Virus record (IMG/VR): IMGVR_UViG_3300036985_006248
Coordinates: 110,281-174,280 of that record
DNA length: 64,000 nucleotides
Origin: a virus
Direction: 5' to 3' (one strand)
Position 1 is the stretch's first letter; every line of letters begins with the position of its first letter. This document shows positions 47,259 through 55,080 of this stretch, piece by piece. The position numbers and the translations under genes were made by a program. The notes below the pieces were generated by a model. The model had not been told where the DNA came from. It did no database searches and saw nothing but the letters and a program-made list of their open reading frames with translations.

Positions 47259-49292
47259 TTATACTCTCCATAATATTCTTGCCAAGGTTTGTCCAACAGT
47301 AATAACACTAGAATCATTTATTACAATACCAGAAGCTGTTATATTTGTAAAAATTATATTCGAGCCAGTAATAGTTGAACCTGTAATAGTTGTAAATTGT
47401 GCGGTAGTACCGCTAACATTAGCTTTAAAAGAACTAGTTCCAATTACTTCAAAATGGTCTTGAAATTTGGTTCCTGTACCACCACTAACATAAAGACCGG
47501 GAAATATTCTTAACTTGTCTTCGGCAGCATTAAATCTTACGTGAGCGTCGGATCCTAACTCATCGTGAGTATTGGAACCAGTGGTAGAACTAGAACCCCA
47601 TAAAATTCCTGAACCATCTAGTATAGCGTGATCGGAAGACCCAGTTAATATAATTATGTATTTATCGCCAATGTTTAACGAACTTTGACTTAGAGTATTT
47701 AAAAAGCCAAAGCTTGCCGTTCCATTAACCGTTAGATTGTTTGCAAGAAATAACGAAGTTCCCGTGATAGCATTTGTAAAATTATTTACTGCTGTAAAAG
47801 TGTTAGAAGCGGTTAACTTTGCAAAATCAGTCTGGGAATATCCACCCAATAAAGCCGCTGTAGAAGCTGTGCCATTCAGACTGCCATTAAAAGTCGTAGC
47901 GGTGATAGAGGAAAAGCTTGCATTTGTGCCCGTTATATCATTGCTAAAAGTATTTACTGCTGTAAAAGTGTTACTTGATGCAATTTTTGCAAAGTCTGTT
48001 GAATGCTGGCCGTCGAGCAAATTTGAATTATCAGAAAATGATGCTGTTCCAACTAGATGACCAGTTATTGTAGTGATGTTAGCGGCTGATGCAGTTATAT
48101 CTGCGGCGTTTAAAGTTGTGAGGCTTAAATTAGAGAAGCTTAAATTAGAGGATGATAAGACACCATTTATATTTAATGAACCAGTAATATCATAATTTCC
48201 ACTTAATTGGTTTGTATTAGTCCATACGCCGGTAGAGCCAGTGACATTATACATCCATAAGTTACCTTGAATATATGCAGAAGCACTGACAGATGATATA
48301 TCATGAAAATATATTGGTTCAATTGAATTAACGTATATAGAACCGTTACTTGGATTGGCTCTTGTTACTATACCAATTATGGTTCTATCTAGTGGCGCGA
48401 TAGGAGGAAATTTTGTATATTCTCCAGCGATTTCTGATAACCAGACAGTATCTCCTGCTGTGTAGCCCGATGTATTTAGCCCGTTTACTACGCCTAGAGT
48501 GGTGACATAACCATCTGTGCCATGTTCAATATCATGAATAGCAATACCAAGAATATCGCTTCTTAACGAAGCGGTAACTAATGATTCATCAACAGCCTGT
48601 GCTAAGGCAATTGAGGGGCGATCACCTACTGCGCCATTTATTACTACTGCTGACCCGTGGGTTATCAAGACGCCGGTTTGGTTACGAACGCGAACCCAGT
48701 TTTCTTGACCTACGCGCAAGGATATGTCTGCCTCTGCATTGTAAACAATCAAAGCTTCTTGGACATTATCCCAAAATATTCTACCATTTTTCCAAGCAGG
48801 TGTTGCTGAACCGGTATTAAAATCAATATAGTTCATATAAGCCGCAGTGCCGCTTATATCATTATCAAAGGTCTTAACACCAGCAAAAGTTTGTGATGAT
48901 GTAGTCATCGCACCGTTCTGTGTGGCGCTAGACGCCGATAGAGAAAGAACCTGTGTGCCGTTAATCGATAAACCGTTTGCTACTCCCAAGGTCACTGCGT
49001 TATGAGAGCTTATTGCACCAGTGGGGAGATTAGTTAGATTGCTACCATCACCAAAGAAATATGAAGCGGAGATGTTTGCACTTGAACTGACGGGGGAATT
49101 AATAATTATTGTGTCTGCGGTACTAGAGCCTAATGTGACATTGTTTTTAAATTCAGCATTGGCCCAAACCGTCAAATTATCAACCGTGACATCATTATTT
49201 TCAGAGCCAGAAGACCCTAAAGTTATTGTATCAACGTTGGTTGAAGATACATCTAAACCAACAGAAGCAGATAATGGTGTTAAAACTTTCAT
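47259..49292 (-). CDS. tail fibre-like protein with internal repeat
   Basis: Ser/Thr/Gly-rich; duplicated DFAK..SNTFTAVN.F.N.ITGT. Confidence 0.6.
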   Translation of the reverse strand: MKVLTPLSASVGLDVSSTNVDTITLGSSGSENNDVTVDNLTVWANAEFKNNVTLGSSTADTIIINSPVSSSANISASYFFGDGSNLTNLPTGAISSHNAVTLGVANGLSINGTQVLSLSASSATQNGAMTTSSQTFAGVKTFDNDISGTAAYMNYIDFNTGSATPAWKNGRIFWDNVQEALIVYNAEADISLRVGQENWVRVRNQTGVLITHGSAVVINGAVGDRPSIALAQAVDESLVTASLRSDILGIAIHDIEHGTDGYVTTLGVVNGLNTSGYTAGDTVWLSEIAGEYTKFPPIAPLDRTIIGIVTRANPSNGSIYVNSIEPIYFHDISSVSASAYIQGNLWMYNVTGSTGVWTNTNQLSGNYDITGSLNINGVLSSSNLSFSNLSLTTLNAADITASAANITTITGHLVGTASFSDNSNLLDGQHSTDFAKIASSNTFTAVNTFSNDITGTNASFSSITATTFNGSLNGTASTAALLGGYSQTDFAKLTASNTFTAVNNFTNAITGTSLFLANNLTVNGTASFGFLNTLSQSSLNIGDKYIIILTGSSDHAILDGSGILWGSSSTTGSNTHDELGSDAHVRFNAAEDKLRIFPGLYVSGGTGTKFQDHFEVIGTSSFKANVSGTTAQFTTITGSTITGSNIIFTNITASGIVINDSSVITVGQTLARILWRV
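47783..47973. repeat. 23-bp direct repeat with 168-bp (56-aa) period in the fibre gene
   Basis: TATTTACTGCTGTAAAAGTGTTA at 47783 and 47951. Confidence 0.85.
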
Positions 49293-49308
49293 TTACATGT
49301 TTCCTAAA

Positions 49309-49692
49309 TTATTTGCTTTTTTTTCCACTCATCGAATCCAGAGTTTGTTTCCAGACTTGTTTATTTCCCAATAAACCGCTAATGTCTACACCGGGATCTG
49401 CGCCTTTAACTTCAGCTTGCTCTCTTAATGGCTGTGTACCAGCAAACGCATCAAAGCCTGCACCACCTATATTATCTAACGCTCTTTTTCTTGCCTCTTG
49501 AAGAACCCTTTTTTGTTCAACTGGCTCTTGTATTTGTCTTTGGGCTACTTTTGCTTGTTGTGGCATCACAGGGGCTTGTTGTGGCTTAACTGATTCAGCC
49601 AACATTTTTGCAAACCCTTCTTCAATTAAAACTTCTCTAAGACATTCTTTAATTAATGGTTTAATAATTTGTTTTAGTTCTTGTGATTTCAT
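49309..49692 (-). CDS. hypothetical virion-associated protein with leader-like N-terminus
   Basis: MKSQELKQIIKPLIKECLREVLIEE; DPGVDIS. Confidence 0.65.
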   Translation of the reverse strand: MKSQELKQIIKPLIKECLREVLIEEGFAKMLAESVKPQQAPVMPQQAKVAQRQIQEPVEQKRVLQEARKRALDNIGGAGFDAFAGTQPLREQAEVKGADPGVDISGLLGNKQVWKQTLDSMSGKKSK

Positions 49693-49733
49693 AATGCCTA
49701 TAATTATATCAGTTCTCTAATAAATGTTAATTA

Positions 49734-49979
49734 TTATGGTCTAACGGCTGCTCTAGCATTATAAGCATCAACTATTTCTTGTGTCCATATGCTATTCGCT
49801 ATTGAAACAACTTTTGCATCTTGTCCAGTTAAGTCAGCACCGGGGTGTAATACAAATCGATGAAAAGAACGAGCAATTTCTTGACCATCTCTTTCTACAA
49901 TAGTTGCTTCACGAATTTGTATATCACAAAATTCTGTTATTTCTATTTTATCGATTATGACTTTTTCGCTTAATGCCAT
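49734..49979 (-). CDS. putative fibre assembly chaperone
   Basis: Small protein downstream of a fibre gene; IERDG.EI.RSFHR.V..P-type motif. Confidence 0.5.
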   Translation of the reverse strand: MALSEKVIIDKIEITEFCDIQIREATIVERDGQEIARSFHRFVLHPGADLTGQDAKVVSIANSIWTQEIVDAYNARAAVRP

Positions 49980-50000
49980 TGCATAACTCCTTATATTCTT

Positions 50001-50738
50001 TTATACTTCTGACTCATAAAACCCGGTTATTGATAGTTGTTGATACGACTGCGAGGGAAATAAATCGCTGTCAAGAAATGGCTGTGAACCATTTGTTAGT
50101 TTAAATAACTCTAGAGAAGTAGTAGCCCCATGTAGTAGCACGGTCAGAGTAGAAGTCCATCCGGGTGTGGTAATATACGTCACCGTTCCACCACCGGCAG
50201 CCCCCGCGGCGAGCGTCGCGCTAGTAAAAGGAAGACCTGAAATTACAACGGGGTCGCCACTGGGGTTCAGGGTAACGGCGAGCCAAATATAATAAAAAAC
50301 TACTTTCCCAATTTTAGTATATCTTCCTTCGTTAACAGTATAAGGATCTACATCTAAATTTGTATATTGTGGCGTAAATGTTCCAAACTCATAATCTGAA
50401 AGGGTGTTTGATGAATGAGAGCCAAAACTTGCCCCAGCGGTAGTACCAAAAACTATTCCGCCAATGTTTGTAAGAATTACATCTCCCGCGATAGACATAG
50501 CAGAGGCAGTGACTGCGTTGAAATTAGCAGTAGAGGCTGATACAAATGAGGCAGTGACTGCGTTTAAGAAATTCTTATCACCAGCTATGGCTTGTGTTCC
50601 GGTTGTTCTAACAAACGTCGAATCAACAGAAGCAGTAATTTTGTTTGGCGTACCGGGGAGAACGCCTACAACAATACCGTTGCTACCAGAAAAAGTAGCG
50701 CATATCAGTTCGTCTGCACAATCAGTAAAATTAGCCAT
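50001..50738 (-). CDS. tail fibre-like protein
   Basis: LSDYEFGTFTP, GRYTKIGKVV, ISGLPFT fibre C-terminal motifs. Confidence 0.65.
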   Translation of the reverse strand: MANFTDCADELICATFSGSNGIVVGVLPGTPNKITASVDSTFVRTTGTQAIAGDKNFLNAVTASFVSASTANFNAVTASAMSIAGDVILTNIGGIVFGTTAGASFGSHSSNTLSDYEFGTFTPQYTNLDVDPYTVNEGRYTKIGKVVFYYIWLAVTLNPSGDPVVISGLPFTSATLAAGAAGGGTVTYITTPGWTSTLTVLLHGATTSLELFKLTNGSQPFLDSDLFPSQSYQQLSITGFYESEV

Positions 50739-50746
50739 TATTTATT

Positions 50747-51157
50747 TTATCCAATGCCTGCGCTACCAGAATAAACTTCTGCTAGGTTGTATTCTGGTTT
50801 GATGCCGGTTAATTCAGCAAATATGTAAGCTCCGGTAACCGGTGAAGTTGTTGCTGACATTAAAAAGATGCGGTCAGTCTTTACTCTAAGCTCAACATAA
50901 CTTAAGCTACCAGAGGTTTGTGGGTCTATTTGCCAGTAGTTCGATCCTGAAACACCTTTTGCACTAAATCCAACTCTCATATGAGTAGTGCTGCTATTAT
51001 TGTGGATTTTGATACATTGTGTAACACTGGGAAATATAATCTCTAGAGCAGTGCCTGTATTAGCGGGAACTGCCAAGCTAGCTGTTACATATGGGATACC
51101 GCTTACTTGATAGCTGCCAACGTTGTTTAATCCTGCTTTATATTGAAATTCTGACAT
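50747..51157 (-). CDS. conserved virion protein
   Basis: GLNNVGSYQVSGIPY..AELTGI; located in the head cluster. Confidence 0.55.
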   Translation of the reverse strand: MSEFQYKAGLNNVGSYQVSGIPYVTASLAVPANTGTALEIIFPSVTQCIKIHNNSSTTHMRVGFSAKGVSGSNYWQIDPQTSGSLSYVELRVKTDRIFLMSATTSPVTGAYIFAELTGIKPEYNLAEVYSGSAGIG

Positions 51158-51162
51158 TTGCT

Positions 51163-51771
51163 TTATCCTTTTACAATATCGTTTAATAATCTATTCAAGC
51201 GGTCTGCTTTTGTCCAAATTTTATTTGGATCCACAATGCGGTTTTTTCCTTCAGACATCATAAATGCGCCGGGAGTGCTTGGCTCTTGAACGAAGTCAAA
51301 ACATATAAGTTGAAAATCATCTTCAACGATTGTCTTTCCGCCTTCTTTGCGTGTACTGCCCAAGCCACGACTTGAAATGCCCAATTTAACTCCGCTTTCT
51401 ACAAGAGAACGAAGGATTTTGCCTGATGGAGTGTCAAGAACCTTTATTTTACCCATTACCCCATCCCCATTCCACCAAATATCGGTTACCATATGAGAAA
51501 CATTCTTTAAATTGACAACTGAATCTTCTGGATGGTCTAATTCTCCTAGGGCACGATGGTCAGCAACTATTTTTTTATAATTTTCAATTTCTCGATCAAG
51601 GACTTTTCGTCCATAAACACGGCCATTGCCGTTTTCGGTATCGCTCCTCTGCATAATTCCCGTGAGATACTTAGCGCCATTCTTAACTTCTAGTTTTTCC
51701 CCTTCCGATAATAAATCTTGGCAAACCATGTCAGGACACATTTCATACCATTCTCTAAGAAGTTCTTTCAT
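51163..51771 (-). CDS. prohead core protease (gp21)
   Basis: NGNGRVY, ALGELDHP, VSH, GISSRGLGS, DFVQEPST. Confidence 0.95.
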   Translation of the reverse strand: MKELLREWYEMCPDMVCQDLLSEGEKLEVKNGAKYLTGIMQRSDTENGNGRVYGRKVLDREIENYKKIVADHRALGELDHPEDSVVNLKNVSHMVTDIWWNGDGVMGKIKVLDTPSGKILRSLVESGVKLGISSRGLGSTRKEGGKTIVEDDFQLICFDFVQEPSTPGAFMMSEGKNRIVDPNKIWTKADRLNRLLNDIVKG

Positions 51772-52484
51772 TATATATTCTTCCAGTTTTTATTTTTTAC
51801 TATATTAGAAATTGCGCTCCAGCTAACTTCATAAACTCTAGAAATCACGGCAATTTTCATTCCAGTTTGGTAAAGCTCTCTTATTTTTAATACGTCTTCT
51901 TTATTTAATAGGGCTCTTGGATTATTTTCGCCCTTGGTTGCGGTACTAATTTTTTCCTTTGATTCTTCGGAGGATTTAAACCCCAGACGCGCTTTTGATA
52001 GTTTTGCTTTAGTCTCTTCTGAAAGAACCTTTCCCGTTTGTGCAAGACTCATTTTTTTCTTTGTTTCTTCAGAGTGTTTTTTACCTGTCCAAGAGTGACC
52101 ATGTTGCCGGATTCTTTCTTTCATAGCGTCGCCAAAGCTAGGCGGGTATTTATATCCTAGGGGACCACGAGGATGATGATAAATATTATATCCTACTTCT
52201 TCATTAAAAGAATTATAGAATTCCATCCAATATGTTTCTCTTTGTTCTAATACAATATGATCAAGGGCGGTGTTTTCGATTATTTCAAACTGAAACTGTT
52301 CTTGACCATATAGATTCCAAGCCTTTTGCAAATGATCATTGTGGTGTTTATTTTCTTTTAAATGTTGTCGATGCTTTGACCATCTTTGGTTAATAGCAAT
52401 AGAACTTCCAATATAAACCTTATTGTTTATAAGATTTGTTATTTTATAAATACCGATATATTCTCTAAGTAATTGTTTTGACAT
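51771..52484 (-). CDS. GIY-YIG homing endonuclease with NUMOD3 repeats (start MSKQLL)
   Basis: GIYKITN...VYIGSS; HSEETKKKMS repeats; C-terminal HTH. Confidence 0.9.
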   Translation of the reverse strand: MSKQLLREYIGIYKITNLINNKVYIGSSIAINQRWSKHRQHLKENKHHNDHLQKAWNLYGQEQFQFEIIENTALDHIVLEQRETYWMEFYNSFNEEVGYNIYHHPRGPLGYKYPPSFGDAMKERIRQHGHSWTGKKHSEETKKKMSLAQTGKVLSEETKAKLSKARLGFKSSEESKEKISTATKGENNPRALLNKEDVLKIRELYQTGMKIAVISRVYEVSWSAISNIVKNKNWKNI

Positions 52485-52500
52485 AGTTTTATATAAGGTT

Positions 52501-52530
52501 TTAGCCCTGATTTTTAAGGTCAGGGCTAAA
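52501..52530. repeat. 10-bp hairpin upstream of the endonuclease
   Basis: TTAGCCCTGA...TCAGGGCTAA. Confidence 0.7.
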
Positions 52531-52609
52531 TACAACTCCCGTTACAGCAGCGTCTCACGCCTTGTAACATATAACGACGAATATACGTAATATCTTCTTT
52601 ATTTCTCAT
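52526..52609 (-). CDS. 27-aa peptide MRNKEDITYIRRYMLQGVRRCCNGSCI
   Basis: GAGGTG RBS and ACTACTTA motif upstream; below the ORF-track size cutoff. Confidence 0.45.
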   Translation of the reverse strand: MRNKEDITYIRRYMLQGVRRCCNGSCI

Positions 52610-52630
52610 GGTGGACACCTCTAGTAAATA

Positions 52631-52638
52631 TAAGTAGT
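52631..52638 (-). promoter_or_regulatory. putative late promoter ACTACTTA
   Basis: Recurring motif. Confidence 0.5.
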
Positions 52639-52641
52639 AAT

Positions 52642-52908
52642 TTATTCTTGTTTTTTCAATTTTATTGTTATACCATCATCATCCACCAAACGACTTAATA
52701 AATATGACATTCCAGAACTAATACAACCAGCTACAAATAGATTAAAAGGTAGGTCTATCATAAACCAATTAAAAACACCTACCCAGAAACCCATACACAT
52801 ACAGCATTTAAAGAAATGATGTTTTGGTCTAACGGCATCAAATATTTTGCCATAGACCAAAACCATCGTCATGCCATATGAGGCTAAAATGAAGATTAAT
52901 AGATTCAT
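52642..52908 (-). CDS. small membrane protein with CxxCxGFW motif
   Basis: Hydrophobic segments; KCCMCMGFWVG. Confidence 0.6.
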   Translation of the reverse strand: MNLLIFILASYGMTMVLVYGKIFDAVRPKHHFFKCCMCMGFWVGVFNWFMIDLPFNLFVAGCISSGMSYLLSRLVDDDGITIKLKKQE

Positions 52909-53369
52909 TACTCGCCAGTATTTGCGCCTGTAAGATTTTGAAGTTGTACCATTGCAGTTTGCAGAGCCTGCATAACACCGTCTAAGCTTCTTACTTCTGG
53001 CATGTCTAATCTTTCCATTCTGGCCACCAAACCACCTAGAGTTTGTTGTGCCGCTCTCAAAGAAGCAGAAGCTTTAGTAGCCAACGGTGCTATATCAGAA
53101 GCGGCGCTCGCTTTTTTCGCTTGTTGAACTGCTCCACCTACGGCTTGACCAACCTTTTTTGCTTGGCCTGCTACCGCTTGTGTGGCAGCTTTTGCTTTGC
53201 TCGCCACCGCTTGACCGGCTTTTTGAGCAGCTTGAACGCCAGCTTTTTTTGCAGTACCACCTAAACTCTTTAAAAAGTCCATCGCTCCTTCATCTAATTG
53301 TCCTTCTTCGGCCATCTTTTGCATTTCTTCATTGATAACTTGTTTTAAATATTCTTGCGTAACTCTCAT
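52908..53369 (-). CDS. Ala-rich protein with shared N-terminal leader
   Basis: MRVTQEYLKQVINEEM...LDE. Confidence 0.65.
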   Translation of the reverse strand: MRVTQEYLKQVINEEMQKMAEEGQLDEGAMDFLKSLGGTAKKAGVQAAQKAGQAVASKAKAATQAVAGQAKKVGQAVGGAVQQAKKASAASDIAPLATKASASLRAAQQTLGGLVARMERLDMPEVRSLDGVMQALQTAMVQLQNLTGANTGE

Positions 53370-53398
53370 TTTTTTATTTCCTTTGTTATATTGACTTC

Positions 53399-53659
53399 TT
53401 ATTCGTGTACAGGTGCAGCGGGAGTCATAGTTGACTTTGATACAGCCGCTAAAGTGGCAGCAAATTTCTTATCGTCTTGTCCTAATTGTGCGCCGAGTTT
53501 TGCCAGAAGAGCTTCTAAAGTTTTTTCATCAAGGCCAAGCATATAACTAGCGATATCGCCTAAATAAGTTGGGCGAGCTTCGTTTAATTCTCCTTCTTCT
53601 GACATTTGTTCTATTTGTTCTTTGATAAGTTGCTTCAAATATTGCTTTGTAACTTTCAT
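53399..53659 (-). CDS. small protein with shared N-terminal leader
   Basis: MKVTKQYLKQLIKEQI...LNE. Confidence 0.65.
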   Translation of the reverse strand: MKVTKQYLKQLIKEQIEQMSEEGELNEARPTYLGDIASYMLGLDEKTLEALLAKLGAQLGQDDKKFAATLAAVSKSTMTPAAPVHE

Positions 53660-53680
53660 TTTTTTATTTTCCTTTGTTAT
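53646..53680. repeat. 35-bp exact repeat, copy 2
   Basis: Identical to 15180-15214. Confidence 0.9.
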
Positions 53681-53683
53681 ACG

Positions 53684-54205
53684 TTAATAATTATAACGGT
53701 AAATACCACGAGTCGGGAAACCATACTTAGGCACTGAGCCTTTGTATGGCTCTTGAGGCACTTCGCCTAATTCTGTAGAATCTTCTACATCTGGTTTCAG
53801 TAATTCTTTTTCCATGGCATCTTCATAGGCTTGTTCATATTCAAAAGCTGGGCGTTCTTCTTCGATAAAATTTGCTAAGTTATATACAACAACTTGTAAT
53901 GAATCTACACCTTCTGGTGCTTCTTTCGAATAATTGCCTTGTAAAGAACCGTAGACGTTACCGCTAAAAACACTTTCAGGTAAGATAATACCTTTTTGAA
54001 TCATATACTTGAATAATCTTTCTTGTAACTTGTATATGCTATCGGTTTGTTCATTTTTAGGTAAAACAAGAACTTTAGATTTTTCTGGCATCACGATTAT
54101 GTCTATTTCTGGATGTTCTCTTAACATAAAGTCACCAGAAAGAGTTTTACGAATGTTTACTTCTTTCTCGATTCCAGCTTTATCCTTTATGGTTACCTTA
54201 ATCAT
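53684..54205 (-). CDS. hypothetical protein (head cluster)
   Basis: ORF in operon; STELGEVP. Confidence 0.65.
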   Translation of the reverse strand: MIKVTIKDKAGIEKEVNIRKTLSGDFMLREHPEIDIIVMPEKSKVLVLPKNEQTDSIYKLQERLFKYMIQKGIILPESVFSGNVYGSLQGNYSKEAPEGVDSLQVVVYNLANFIEEERPAFEYEQAYEDAMEKELLKPDVEDSTELGEVPQEPYKGSVPKYGFPTRGIYRYNY

Positions 54206-55025
54206 TCTTTTCTACCTCATGAACAAACTGTTGAATTTTTAAAAGGTTTTCCAACATATCGGCAGACATTTCTTTTTTATCTTTAAACTCTTTAATGATA
54301 TCCATCAATTTTTTCGTCTTCTCAACCATGTAAACGTCATTTTTAACATGTTCACTCGATAGTGCTGTTTTGATTTTATCATTTAAGTTCGATAGCTGTT
54401 CATTCAGATAAACCTTAAGCTCGATTCCTTCATCGGCAAACGAGCTAATATATTTTGTTAACAAATCTTTTTGTTCACTCAGCAATCCAGAGTATTTCTC
54501 ATTAAACTTCTTTACAAAGCTCTTGAATACAAGGTTATCGATGTGTTTAAGACCATCTTTTTGTTCGCTTAATACTTCAAAACGCTTTAAGGTTTCCTGC
54601 TCAAGTACAATCTTTTCTTTGATTGAGATATTATCACTAAAAATCTGTGCAATCGTAGCTAAATCTTTATAGTGCGGAACAAAGTTGTTGTATACATGAG
54701 CGCCAATTGTTTTATTTATCTTATTAATAAGACGAGTCTGTTCATTAAACAATAAACGCTTGTCAAGACACATATAGCGGTTTTTTGCTTCCGTTAAATA
54801 TTTTTCTGCTAACGATTTATCTATCTCAGGATCTTTTAAGCTGTCATAGAGACTCAGTTCTTCTGATAAGGGAGCTTGTGGATTGAAATATTCAACGATG
54901 ATTTCTTTAACAGCAGATAAGACTTTTAAATCTTTAGATAACGTCGCTTTAGTGCCTTCTCTTACTAATACTTCATAAAGAAAAGCGGTATTTCTTTTTT
55001 TGTTATGTTTAAAAACTGAACTCAT
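54198..55025 (-). CDS. hypothetical protein (head cluster, after portal)
   Basis: KHNKKRNTAFLYE; helical. Confidence 0.65.
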   Translation of the reverse strand: MSSVFKHNKKRNTAFLYEVLVREGTKATLSKDLKVLSAVKEIIVEYFNPQAPLSEELSLYDSLKDPEIDKSLAEKYLTEAKNRYMCLDKRLLFNEQTRLINKINKTIGAHVYNNFVPHYKDLATIAQIFSDNISIKEKIVLEQETLKRFEVLSEQKDGLKHIDNLVFKSFVKKFNEKYSGLLSEQKDLLTKYISSFADEGIELKVYLNEQLSNLNDKIKTALSSEHVKNDVYMVEKTKKLMDIIKEFKDKKEMSADMLENLLKIQQFVHEVEKND

Positions 55026-55080
55026 ATATATTTTCCTTGAACAATATTTTATATTTAATATTGTTATTATCGCAGAATTT

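Noticed and set aside
47783-47973. Possible DGR template/variable repeat
   Set aside because: In-frame protein repeat, no adenine-specific mismatch pattern, and no reverse transcriptase in the window
50503-50564. 17-bp direct repeat
   Set aside because: In-frame NAVTAS duplication in a fibre gene; only two copies, not CRISPR
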